DNA of 64,000 nt from Candidatus Heimdallarchaeota archaeon (GTDB lineage: Archaea; Asgardarchaeota; Heimdallarchaeia; JABLTI01): positions 352,001 through 416,000 of the forward strand of contig JABCTZ010000036.1 of NCBI GenBank assembly GCA_018238155.1, in the 5' to 3' direction. The notes below the pieces were generated by a model, which saw only the letters and a list, made by a program, of their open reading frames with translations, was not told where the DNA came from and did no database searches. How positions within the stretch are numbered: position 1 is the first letter of the stretch; each line of letters begins with the position of its first letter. This document shows, piece by piece, positions 50,799 to 60,800 of the stretch. The position numbers and the translations under genes were made by a program.

Positions 50799-51962
50799 TT
50801 AAACTTTTCGTCGAGAGATACGTATAAATTCCTCAGTATCACCACATACAGGGCAACCTTTTTCCTTTAACACTTCAATATTTTTTGTTTCCAATGTTAA
50901 CCCTACTTCTGTGATATGTCCATTTTTACATTGATATTCTCTAATAGTGGGATTTAATTCACCCGTATAGATCTTCCCACTAAAATCTAAAGTGATCAAT
51001 GATTTTGAGCTATCAGTTGTCGATAAAATACTGATATAAGTGGTGTTTCCGTGCATTTCAGCACCTTCATATAAATTGAAACCCGGTATTAATTGTTGAA
51101 TTGCTAATCCTAGTTTTGTTAATGAGTTTTGAACTTCTAATTGTATTTTAGGTGGGCGATGAGCATAAGCTAGGTAGATCTTTCTTCCTGATTCATCTTT
51201 TAACCCTTGAATTGCTCTGGAAAGAAATAATTCTAATCCGGGAATAGTGTACGGTGGATCTGTAAGAACTACATCAAATCTATTCGTCAAATCTTCAGCA
51301 AGCGATTTACGTAAATCATGTGTTACACAATTAATATGGAAATTGTTTTCTTCTGAGATTTCTTTTATCACTTTTAACAATCTGGTATCAATATCTAAAA
51401 CAGTGATTTTTGCATTTGTTTTTAGCTGAGCAATTGCTAGAGATGTAAAATCATCATCTCCAATTAATAGTATCTCTCTACCTTCAAGATCATTGTTTTC
51501 TAACATCAAATAAGCTCGGCGAATTGCTGTTATTGGTCTACCAAAAGCTTGATCAATTTCTGTTTGAGGTTTTGGTCTTCGCTCAGAAAAGATTCTTTGT
51601 TTAGCAATCAATTTTTCAGCTTCATGTGGGAGTGCAAGACCGGTACTGTCACATTTTTTACAGCTGTGGCTTTCAAGGTAATTAATGCCTAATACATCAT
51701 TAACAAAAATTAATCCTCTTTTGGTTAAAATAGCCCCTTTTTTTTCACGACTAATTAAATTAACTTTTTCTAATTCTTTTCTTATTGCAGCTATAGTTGG
51801 TATGGGCATTTTTATCTTTCTTGAGAGGCTTTTGGTTCCGATTGTACCACTAAGGAAAATTTCACGTAAAATGGCTCTAATTGCTTCCTTTCCTTCAAAT
51901 ACATTTGCTTTTTCAGCGATTTCATTTAATACTTCATCAGGATCATTAGTAATATTTGACAT
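50799..51962 (-). CDS. bpsA: Branched-chain polyamine synthase (BpsA)-like protein with N-terminal HTH
   Basis: DQAF, IGDDDFTS, DID, TDPPYT. Confidence 0.8.
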   Translation of the reverse strand: MSNITNDPDEVLNEIAEKANVFEGKEAIRAILREIFLSGTIGTKSLSRKIKMPIPTIAAIRKELEKVNLISREKKGAILTKRGLIFVNDVLGINYLESHSCKKCDSTGLALPHEAEKLIAKQRIFSERRPKPQTEIDQAFGRPITAIRRAYLMLENNDLEGREILLIGDDDFTSLAIAQLKTNAKITVLDIDTRLLKVIKEISEENNFHINCVTHDLRKSLAEDLTNRFDVVLTDPPYTIPGLELFLSRAIQGLKDESGRKIYLAYAHRPPKIQLEVQNSLTKLGLAIQQLIPGFNLYEGAEMHGNTTYISILSTTDSSKSLITLDFSGKIYTGELNPTIREYQCKNGHITEVGLTLETKNIEVLKEKGCPVCGDTEEFIRISRRKV

Positions 51963-51978
51963 TGAAATTTCCCATCTT

Positions 51979-52362
51979 TCATTTAATTTCCCTTGGCAAT
52001 TCTTTCAATTCAAAAGATTCAGGCTTCAATTCTGCCTTAATATATTCCCAAGCAACATAAGGATCTAAGGACTCACCACAGAGGAAAATGTCTAGGGCAG
52101 CGAAATTAAATTCTGGCCAAGTATGAAGTGAGATATGTGTTTCTTTCAGGATAACCACTACACTACAACCTAAAGGAGAAAATCTGTGAACTGATGCTTG
52201 AAGAACATGTGCTCCGGCTTTTTTTGCCGCTTCTGTTATTAATGTTAGAATTGCTGTTTCATTGTTTAGATCTGATTGACATTTATATAGATCAATTAAT
52301 AGTTGATTTACTTTCAATGGTTCTTTCAATGGGTATTTTTTTATTTCTTCTTTGGGCATCAA
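51979..52362 (-). CDS. speD: S-adenosylmethionine decarboxylase proenzyme (class 1B)
   Basis: HRFSPLG, ETHISLHTWPE, DIFLCG; Thr at the pyruvoyl position. Confidence 0.8.
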   Translation of the reverse strand: MMPKEEIKKYPLKEPLKVNQLLIDLYKCQSDLNNETAILTLITEAAKKAGAHVLQASVHRFSPLGCSVVVILKETHISLHTWPEFNFAALDIFLCGESLDPYVAWEYIKAELKPESFELKELPREIK

Positions 52363-52536
52363 ATTTTTTCTCCAATTTACTTGTTTTAGTTTGTAAAAAA
52401 TGACAATATTAATGTATGTTTCCTTTGATTAATTTATTTTCATAGATAAAAGTAATAAAAAATATAGCTTCTTGTTCCATTAAATATAATTAGAATAAAG
52501 AGGTATTAAAATAACTATAGGAGAATGATTTAAACT

Positions 52537-53292
52537 ATGAGCACTATTGAAAATGAAATTTTGACATTTGATGAAGTTATATCCACTCAAGAGTTAGCAA
52601 TGAAATATATTCGTGAACGAAAAAAAACTCATGGTTTAGTTCTAACTGCAACAAAACAAACAGGTGGACAAGGACGATTAGAGCGTAGTTGGTCATCTCC
52701 TATTGGTGGGCTCTGGATGACTACAATATATCAATGTAAAACACCTCTAGCTCAATTTGAAGGTTTTTCAGTTCGTTTGGGTTTGGAAATGATCAAGGAT
52801 TTTGAGAATTCAATTCCATTAAAATTTCAAATTAAATGGCCAAATGACTTGATAGTAAACAAGAAAAAAGTAGGTGGGATTTTGATTAATACACGAATAA
52901 AAGAAGATATTCTGACCGAACTCATAATTGGCATTGGTATCAATATTAATAATCAAACAGAAACATTACCTCCCGAAGTAGCATCAATTGCTACATCAAT
53001 GAGTGAAAACATGCTCGATAAGATTTCTATTAGTTCAGTTCAACACATTGTTCTTACAGCACAGAATAGGTTATTCCAAAATGTAGAAAGAAATGAGTTA
53101 GAAGATATTGCAGATATTTGGACCAAGAAATCTCTCAGTTATCAGAAAACTATTCGAGTAGTTACTCGAGAAGAAACATTGACCGGCGTAGAGCAAGGAA
53201 TTACTGAAAATGGTAGCTTAATTCTGAAAACAAATTCGAATGAATTAAAAACAGTTTCTATAGGAGATATTGAATTGCTGAGAATAAAATAA
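52537..53292 (+). CDS. birA: Biotin-protein ligase (no HTH)
   Basis: QTGGQGRLERSWSSP, KWPNDL, KKVGGIL, GIGIN. Confidence 0.95.
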   Translation: MSTIENEILTFDEVISTQELAMKYIRERKKTHGLVLTATKQTGGQGRLERSWSSPIGGLWMTTIYQCKTPLAQFEGFSVRLGLEMIKDFENSIPLKFQIKWPNDLIVNKKKVGGILINTRIKEDILTELIIGIGININNQTETLPPEVASIATSMSENMLDKISISSVQHIVLTAQNRLFQNVERNELEDIADIWTKKSLSYQKTIRVVTREETLTGVEQGITENGSLILKTNSNELKTVSIGDIELLRIK

Positions 53293-53316
53293 AAAATAGA
53301 AAGGGAAATTGATTCC

Positions 53317-54078
53317 CTACGCTTCAATTAATTGATTAACAAAAAATTCTCGTAATGCAACGAATGTTTCATGACGAGCTTGGGGGTTCGTAAGATTGTG
53401 ATCAGCATTTGGAATGATTTTAAATGCTTTTGGATTAAATGCTTTAGAGAAAAGATGTCTCATACCTTTCATTGGCATAAAACTATCTTTTGAACCTGTA
53501 ATAATCAGCAATGGTCTTGGTGAAATTCGATTAACACATCTTAATGGATTATTTCCTCGAATATCATTTTGCAATTTTTCCTTTACACCTGTTGCAGCTG
53601 TACGAACTAATCCTGATGCGGTTAATCCATCCCAGAGAGCATCAAAGTGAGGATAATTCACAACAAAATCGAAATCGAATAGTGGTGCTTGTAAAGCAAC
53701 TATTGCTACTCTTGGATCTCTCGATGCATGACATGTTACTAATGCTCCTCCCAGACTCACTCCATATAATCCGATTCTCATTGGATTTACTTTTGGATGA
53801 TTTGCTAAAAAGGAAATTACATAATCCAAGTTTTGGAGTGAAGCATGGATTGTCGTTTCTCCTTTACTTTTGTAAAAACCTGATAAATGAAATACAAAAT
53901 AAGCTATTCCGTTATCAGTTAAAAGTGATGCAAGAGCTTCTTCTTTAGCGAATTCATTTGAAACCAACCCATGAACTTTACAGACCACAGGATATTTCTT
54001 TCTATCATCATCTGGAAAGAAGAACGCAGCACTTATTGTGCTATTATAGTAATCGATCATTAATTCTTCTTTTTTCAT
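53317..54078 (-). CDS. Alpha/beta hydrolase (thioesterase candidate)
   Basis: HG, GVSLG nucleophile elbow, GSKD, ADH triad. Confidence 0.85.
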   Translation of the reverse strand: MKKEELMIDYYNSTISAAFFFPDDDRKKYPVVCKVHGLVSNEFAKEEALASLLTDNGIAYFVFHLSGFYKSKGETTIHASLQNLDYVISFLANHPKVNPMRIGLYGVSLGGALVTCHASRDPRVAIVALQAPLFDFDFVVNYPHFDALWDGLTASGLVRTAATGVKEKLQNDIRGNNPLRCVNRISPRPLLIITGSKDSFMPMKGMRHLFSKAFNPKAFKIIPNADHNLTNPQARHETFVALREFFVNQLIEA

Positions 54079-54092
54079 TTTTTGTTTATCTC

Positions 54093-54584
54093 CTATTTTT
54101 CTTTATTTTGAATTGGTTTTACTTTTATCATCAATTGCCTAGCTACTACTTGATCACCGGTATTCACTAGAATTTTATCTACGATACCATTAATTGGTGA
54201 AAGAATTTCATTTCTCATTTTCATAGATTCGAGAATAAGTAGGCATTGTTGATCACTTACAACATCCCCAATTTTGACTTTTACATCAACTATTTTCCCA
54301 GGGATAGCTGCTTTGATATCTGCTTGTCTCTTTTGTTGAACTCCTTTCTTCAATTGTATTGTAGGTGAATGTCGAAAATCGAAATCTATTTCTTTGCCAT
54401 CAAGAAAAATAACATTGTCTTTGAATTCAATTCTGAATTCATGACCACTCACAAATACTTTATAGAATTTGCCATTAAAGATGACTTCAGGAGTAAAACT
54501 ATAATTTTCTACGATTATTTTTTTATCGGTTTTTTCTAATTCTAAATTAATACCATTTAGAGATATTTTGTACCTGTTTTCCAT
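54093..54584 (-). CDS. accB: Biotin carboxyl carrier protein
   Basis: ESMKMRNEI biotinyl-lysine motif. Confidence 0.9.
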   Translation of the reverse strand: MENRYKISLNGINLELEKTDKKIIVENYSFTPEVIFNGKFYKVFVSGHEFRIEFKDNVIFLDGKEIDFDFRHSPTIQLKKGVQQKRQADIKAAIPGKIVDVKVKIGDVVSDQQCLLILESMKMRNEILSPINGIVDKILVNTGDQVVARQLMIKVKPIQNKEK

Positions 54585-56059
54585 TAGTAATCTCTCCTAA
54601 TTGCGTCTAGTCTTCCTTTCATTCGCCATTGGTTCGATTGATCTGGAAGGTTTGTTTCATTCTTCCTCATCCCTACGGCGAATAAAGCACTTGCTTGTAA
54701 ACAGATACGTTTTTTTAATTTCTCAAGGATATTTCGCTCTTCAATAAATTTAATGCTTATATCCCCTGATTTGAATTTTTCATCATTAAATAACTCTTCA
54801 AAAAATGGTATGTTGGTTGCAAAACCAAGGATAGATAATTCCTTTAGAGCCATTTTAGCTCGAACTATCGCTTCTTCTCGTGTCTCATCTGCAACAATCA
54901 GTTTTCCTATTAATGAATCATAACAATCTGGGATAGTAAATCCTTCATATATTGCAGTATCAAAACGAACTTGTGGTCCTCCTGGTGCAGTGAATTTCCT
55001 GACTCGTCCTGGAGTCGGGCGGAAATCCAATAAAGGATCTTCTGCATTGATCCTTAACTCCATTGCATGACCCCTAAATTTAATATCAGATTGTTTAAAG
55101 GATAAATGTTCTCCTTTAGCAATTCTAATTTGTTCTTTAACAATGTCTTTTCCAGTTAACATCTCTGTGACAGGGTGTTCGACTTGAATTCTTGGGTTCA
55201 CTTCATTGAAAAGGATATTACTATCCTTTAAGAGGAATTCAACAGTCCCTGCATTTCTGTATTTTACTCGTCGAGCTAATTTACAGACTAATCTTCCAAT
55301 TCTTTTTCGCTCATCATGAGAAATTACTGTTGAAGGTGCTTCTTCAAGCAATTTCTGATTTCTGCGCTGAATAGAACATTCTCTTTCTCCCAAATGAACT
55401 ACTTTGCCATAGTTATCAGCAATAATTTGGAATTCAATATGTCTAGGATGTTCTAAGAATTTTTCTAAAAATACTTCACCACGTCCAAAAGCAGCTTCTG
55501 CTTGAGCACTTGCACTTGCAATCGCAGGATGCAACTCCTTGGCATTTTCTGCTTTTTGTATGCCCATTCCACCACCACCATAGACAGCTTTTACTAGAAT
55601 AGGATAACCAATTCTTCTCGCTTCGCGATTAGCATGATTTTCATTTCGAATAATATCTGAACCAGGAGGTACTGTTAAGCCTACTCTTCTAGCTAAATCT
55701 CGAGACTTTACTTTATTTCCTAAAAGCTCAATAACCTCAGGAGGTGGTCCAACATAGACTATTCCTTCTGCAATGAGTTTCTTAGCAAACATTTCGCTTT
55801 CAGAAAGAAACCCATAGCCTGGATGAACACTTTCAATATTTAATCTATTACAAATAGCAAAAATTTGGTCTATGTCCAAATAACCCGGTTGGTCATTAAA
55901 TTCTTCTAATTCTATTGCCTCATCTGCAAGTTTAACATGAAGGGCATTTTTATCTACAGAAGTATAAATTGCGTAAGTTTTTACACCGAGCTCTCTTGCG
56001 GCTCGAATAATGCGTATAGCAATTTCACCTCTATTTGCAACTAACAGACTACTGAACAT
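54584..56059 (-). CDS. accC: Biotin carboxylase
   Basis: ANRGEIA, HPGYGFLSE, GGGGMG, RECSIQRRNQK, QVEHPVTE, RINAED. Confidence 0.95.
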   Translation of the reverse strand: MFSSLLVANRGEIAIRIIRAARELGVKTYAIYTSVDKNALHVKLADEAIELEEFNDQPGYLDIDQIFAICNRLNIESVHPGYGFLSESEMFAKKLIAEGIVYVGPPPEVIELLGNKVKSRDLARRVGLTVPPGSDIIRNENHANREARRIGYPILVKAVYGGGGMGIQKAENAKELHPAIASASAQAEAAFGRGEVFLEKFLEHPRHIEFQIIADNYGKVVHLGERECSIQRRNQKLLEEAPSTVISHDERKRIGRLVCKLARRVKYRNAGTVEFLLKDSNILFNEVNPRIQVEHPVTEMLTGKDIVKEQIRIAKGEHLSFKQSDIKFRGHAMELRINAEDPLLDFRPTPGRVRKFTAPGGPQVRFDTAIYEGFTIPDCYDSLIGKLIVADETREEAIVRAKMALKELSILGFATNIPFFEELFNDEKFKSGDISIKFIEERNILEKLKKRICLQASALFAVGMRKNETNLPDQSNQWRMKGRLDAIRRDY

Positions 56060-56102
56060 GATGTCATCTCACATTCTTTGCTTCTATAAAGTATTAGTGT
56101 AT

Positions 56103-56221
56103 TTTTACTGTAAAATGATTCAATTTGTTTATCTAGAAAGCAAATTTTACTGTAATATACAGTATATTTTTTATATAGCTTATTCTGATTGTAAACTACA
56201 CAGTTTGGCACATTGTACTGT
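56103..56221. promoter_or_regulatory. Palindromic operator-like sites in the accC/carboxyltransferase divergent promoter
   Basis: TTTTAC-T-GTAAAA (56103-56115), TACTGTA-ATA-TACAGTA (56148-56164), AAACT-ACAC-AGTTT (56193-56206), TACTGT (56216-56221). Confidence 0.5.
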
Positions 56222-56239
56222 GTAACAGGAGATTTGGCA

Positions 56240-57838
56240 ATGAATCTGAACACAGAGCTTGGCACGCAAAAAGATATGATAAAAAAATCCAATTCGGAAA
56301 AAAAGAATGAGGAATTATTAGAAAAACGCGAAGAAGCTCTTATGGGTGGAGGGCAAAAAGCTATTGATAAGCAATCGGAGAAAGGTAAGCTTACTGCTCG
56401 ACAAAGAGTGGAGTTACTACTTGATCCAGGTACTTTTTCTGAAACAAATATGTTCGTCCGACATAATTGTAGCAATTTCAACCTAGAAAAAAAGAAATTT
56501 TATACTGATGGAGTCGTCACAGGATTCGGACAAGTAAATGGGAAGTTAGTTTATGTGTACAGTCAAGATTTTACTATACTAGGAGGAAGTCTTGGTGAAG
56601 CACAAGCCAAAAAAATCGCTTACACAATGGATCAAGCTCTTCAAAATGGTGCTCCATTGATTGGATTCAATGATTCCGGTGGAGCTCGAATCCAAGAAGG
56701 AGCTAATTCATTAGCAGGATATGGTGACATTTTCATAAGAAATGTCCGTGCATCGGGTGTCATTCCTCAAATTTCTTGTATGGTTGGTCCCTCTGCAGGA
56801 GGAGCTGTTTATTCTCCCGCACTTACAGATTTCGTCATTATGACAGAAGATACCTCTTACATGTTCGTAACAGGTCCTTCAGTTGTTAAAGCTGTTACAG
56901 GAGAAGATGCAACTTTTGAGGAACTAGGCGGAGCATCTATCCATAGTGCAAATTCTGGTATAGCACATTTAACAGGTTCAGATGAAATCGAATCTATTGA
57001 ATTTATCAAATTGCTTCTATCCTATCTTCCTTCAAATAATCTCGAAGATCCTCCAATAAAAAAAATTACTGTTACAAATGATGCTGATCTTGAGTGCTTA
57101 AACAGTGTCATTCCTGAAGACCCTCAAATTCCTTATGATGTTCGTGAGATTATTTTAAGAGTAGTCGATAAAGGTAATTTTCTTGAGATTCAGAAAAAAT
57201 GGGCTCAGAATATCATTGTTGGTTTTAGCCGATTAAATGGATATCCAATTGGTATTGTAGCTAATCAACCAAATAATCTCGCTGGAGCACTTGATATAAA
57301 TGCCTCTTCAAAAGCTGCCAGATTCATACGATTCTGTGATGCATTTAATATTCCAATTATTTCTTTTGTAGATGTTCCCGGCTTCTTGCCTGGATTAGAT
57401 CAAGAACACAACGGTATCATTAAACATGGTGCAAAATTAATCTATGCTTACGCTGAAGCAACTGTTCCTAAATTAACAGTTATTACTCGAAAGGCATATG
57501 GTGGTGCTTACATTGTTATGGGCTCAAAACATTTAGCCACCGACATGAATTTTGCCTGGCCATCTGCAGAAATTGCCGTTATGGGTGCAGAAGGAGCAGT
57601 ACAAGTTCTTTATAGAAGGGATTTAGCTAAATCAGATGACAAAGAAACCTTACTTGAAGAATTGAAAAATGAATTCATTGAGGAATTCAATAACCCCTAT
57701 TTAGCTGCAGAAAAAGGATACATCGATGATGTTATCTTGCCAAGTGAAACAAGAAGAAAACTCATTGCAGCACTTTGGCCCCTACTCAGGAAGAGAGATA
57801 AACTTCCAAACAAAAAACATGGAAATGTACCTCTTTAG
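56240..57838 (+). CDS. Acyl-CoA carboxylase carboxyltransferase subunit (PccB-like)
   Basis: DSGGARIQEG, AGGAVYSPA, DVPGFLPG, KAYGGAY, KHGNVPL; AGGAGA upstream of ATG 56240. Confidence 0.95.
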   Translation: MNLNTELGTQKDMIKKSNSEKKNEELLEKREEALMGGGQKAIDKQSEKGKLTARQRVELLLDPGTFSETNMFVRHNCSNFNLEKKKFYTDGVVTGFGQVNGKLVYVYSQDFTILGGSLGEAQAKKIAYTMDQALQNGAPLIGFNDSGGARIQEGANSLAGYGDIFIRNVRASGVIPQISCMVGPSAGGAVYSPALTDFVIMTEDTSYMFVTGPSVVKAVTGEDATFEELGGASIHSANSGIAHLTGSDEIESIEFIKLLLSYLPSNNLEDPPIKKITVTNDADLECLNSVIPEDPQIPYDVREIILRVVDKGNFLEIQKKWAQNIIVGFSRLNGYPIGIVANQPNNLAGALDINASSKAARFIRFCDAFNIPIISFVDVPGFLPGLDQEHNGIIKHGAKLIYAYAEATVPKLTVITRKAYGGAYIVMGSKHLATDMNFAWPSAEIAVMGAEGAVQVLYRRDLAKSDDKETLLEELKNEFIEEFNNPYLAAEKGYIDDVILPSETRRKLIAALWPLLRKRDKLPNKKHGNVPL

Positions 57839-57895
57839 TACATTTTATATGATTTTTTTTATTGTAACCAAAAATTTAAACAGGAGATATTTTAA

Positions 57896-60800
57896 ATGGT
57901 TGCTGATACAAGATTTAATCAAATAATGGAAAATAAAAAACCGATATTGGCATTTAATCCTTTAGGACTCAATGATCTAGGATTAGTAAAAGCAGTAAAC
58001 AAAGCAGGTGGCATAGGTTTAATTAATCTTGAACGTATGACAGCTCAAGGATACCAAGCAATATTAATAAAATGCTTGTCAGAAATTACAAATATTGTTG
58101 GAATTCGAGTAGTAAATAAAGATCAATTGAATTTCATTTTGGAACACTCCTCAAAACAACAAAGTTTGATACTCATTATTGCTGATGTTTCTCTAAGCAA
58201 AGAGCAAATAAAATTGGCAAAAGAAAAAAGAATGTCACTTATTGCAGAAGTTATTTCATTAGAAGAAGCTTATGATAAAAAGTGGGCTGATGTTTTTCTA
58301 TTAAAAGGTGCAGAAGCTGGCGGAAGAGTTAGTGATGAAACTTCCTTCATTCTTACTCAGCAATTTGCAGAGGCTGGACTTGAATTCATTGTTCAAGGTG
58401 GAGTCGGTATTTATACTACTCCAGCACTCTTTGCTGCTGGAGCTAAAGCTGTTGTGCTTGATACACAATTGTATACTATGCCTGAATGCCCCTTATCAAA
58501 GGAAGTAAAAGATTTTCTTGTTAAACTTGATGCAACTGATACAAAAATTATTGGTGATTCAACAAGTTACAAATACAGAGTATATGCTCGCTTAGCAACA
58601 AAAATCGTTAAAGATTTTATCAAGATTGAGAAAGATCTTCTTGGTTTATCTCTTGAAGAGCGGACAAAGAAAATTAAACAAAAAATAGAAGATGAGAAGG
58701 AATCTTTCAATAGCCCTACTTTAGCTAATTGTCTGCTACCAATAGGTCAAGATGTTTCTTTTATTAACATCTTTTCAAAGAGATTTTCATCTGTGGAAGA
58801 AGTTTTTGACGGTCTTCTTGAACAAACTAAAAAACAAATCAAAAATACTCTTGATAATTATCCTTTCAAAAGTGGTTCTGATTTAGCAAAAGATTTGGGA
58901 ATAAAATATCCCTTAATTCAAGGTCCAATGGCTAATATTTCCGAAAGCCCTGAATTTGCCAAAATCATTGCAGAAGAAGGAGCTCTTCCTATTCTTGCTC
59001 TTGGTTCTCTGTTCAAAAACCAATCCAGAAATTTAATCAAGAAAACTAAGGAAACATTAGGCTCTCTTCCGTTTGGTTGTGGAATCATTGGTTTAGATGC
59101 TAATGCTACTGCTCGAGATAACCATTTAGTGATAATTAAAGAAATACAACCATCATTGGTTGTTGTAGCTGCTGGAACAATTGATTTAGCAAAGGAAGTT
59201 ATGAGTTATGGTGACATTAAGACTTTCTTACATTCACCCTCTCCCTTGATTTTTTCAGAAGCAATTGAAACTGATGTTAGATACTTGGTTCTAGAAGGTA
59301 TGGAATGTGGTGGCCATATTGGTATTTTAACTAGTTTTGTTTTATGGGAACTATCCCTACATCAACTAGTACGATTACAAGATAAAATAAAAGCAAGTGG
59401 AAAGAAGATCAATGTAGCTTTTGCTGGTGGCATTGGAGATCGATTTTCTGCTGCAATGGTTGCAGTTATTGCGTCAGCTTTACCTGACCTAATGAACAGT
59501 GCACTATGGGTAGGTACAGCTTATATTCTTACAGAAGAAATTGTTGATACTGGTGCAGTAAAACCTCTTTATAGAGAACAAGCATTAGATGCTAAAGAAA
59601 CAGTTCTTCTTGGTGAGACTGTAAGCATTCGAGCCAGAACAATTCCAACACCATATGCTAAAGTTATTGTTGAACGAGAACTAGAACGAATAAAGGACGG
59701 TATAAGTCTCAAAGAACGTAAACATCTCTTCGAAAGAGATAATCTGGGTTCAACTCGTATAGCTGCATTAGGTGAAATTTGGAATCCTGATGGAGAAGAT
59801 GATAAACCAAATAGATTTGTACCAATTGATGAAAAAGGTCAATACGAAAAAGGAAATTATATGATAGGTCAGATAGTTGGTAGTTTACGAAGTATTCGTA
59901 CTGTAAAGGATCTTCATATGGAATTAATTGAAGAGTCAAAAAGAGTTGTTAGTACCAAAGGAAAAAGTATTACCAAACAATTTGAAGCTAAAGATGATTC
60001 TGTTAAAACAATTAATTCGCAAATTGAACATGATCATACAAGTCCAATACCTGATGATATCCCTCATGGTGAGGGTGTTGCAATTGTTGGTTTAGGTGGA
60101 ATCTTTCCAGATGCATTAAATATTGATCAATATTGGAAAAATATTACTTTAGGACTTTATTCAGTAAAAGAAATACCAAAAGAAAGATGGTCCAATGACC
60201 TTAGCCTCTTTTATTCTCCTGACCCATTTGAACCCGATAAAACATATGCGAAAATTGCTGCAACAATTGATGATTTCAAATTCAATTCATTGGAATTTAA
60301 AATACCTCCAAAAGTTGCTCTAAGGATGGATCGCGTTCAGCAATTCGCTTTGGTAGCTGCAAAAGAAGCTCTAATTGATGCCAATATTTTAGATAAAGAT
60401 AATTCAAACACAGCTGTTATTATTGGAAACAGTATGGGTGGAGAGATTCGAGTGGATTACAATAGAAGAATTTTCTTACCTGAAACCTATCGTTCTTTGG
60501 AAAAATGTGCTTCTTTTAGTAATATTGACAAAGGTGTTTGGAAGAAAGTCAAAGAAGAATTAAAAGTGATTTATGACAGCGATCTTTTGTCAATAAATGA
60601 GGACTCGATGCCTGGAGAATTATCTAATGTAATTGCAGGTCGAGTAGCCAATGTCTTCAATCTTCGAGGTAAAAGTATGACCTGTGATGCTGCTTGTGCA
60701 TCAAGTTTAGCTGCTTTGAATATCTCCGTTAAAGGATTACTAGATAATGAGTACGATGTTGTTCTTTGTGGTGGATCAGATTGTTCATTAGATGCGTCCA

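Noticed and set aside
56150-56162. LexA box-like CTGT..ACAG
   Set aside because: Spacer is 5 nt, not 8
56189-56210. BirA-operator-like TGTAAAC..GTTTGGCA
   Set aside because: Spacing is too short and this BirA has no DNA-binding domain
1117-56481. Many 60-146 aa ORFs overlapping larger genes on the opposite strand or frame
   Set aside because: Shadow ORFs of well-supported genes
54093-57838. Carboxylase as evidence of 3HP/4HB carbon fixation
   Set aside because: No other pathway genes in the window; adjacency to the synthase is the simpler explanation
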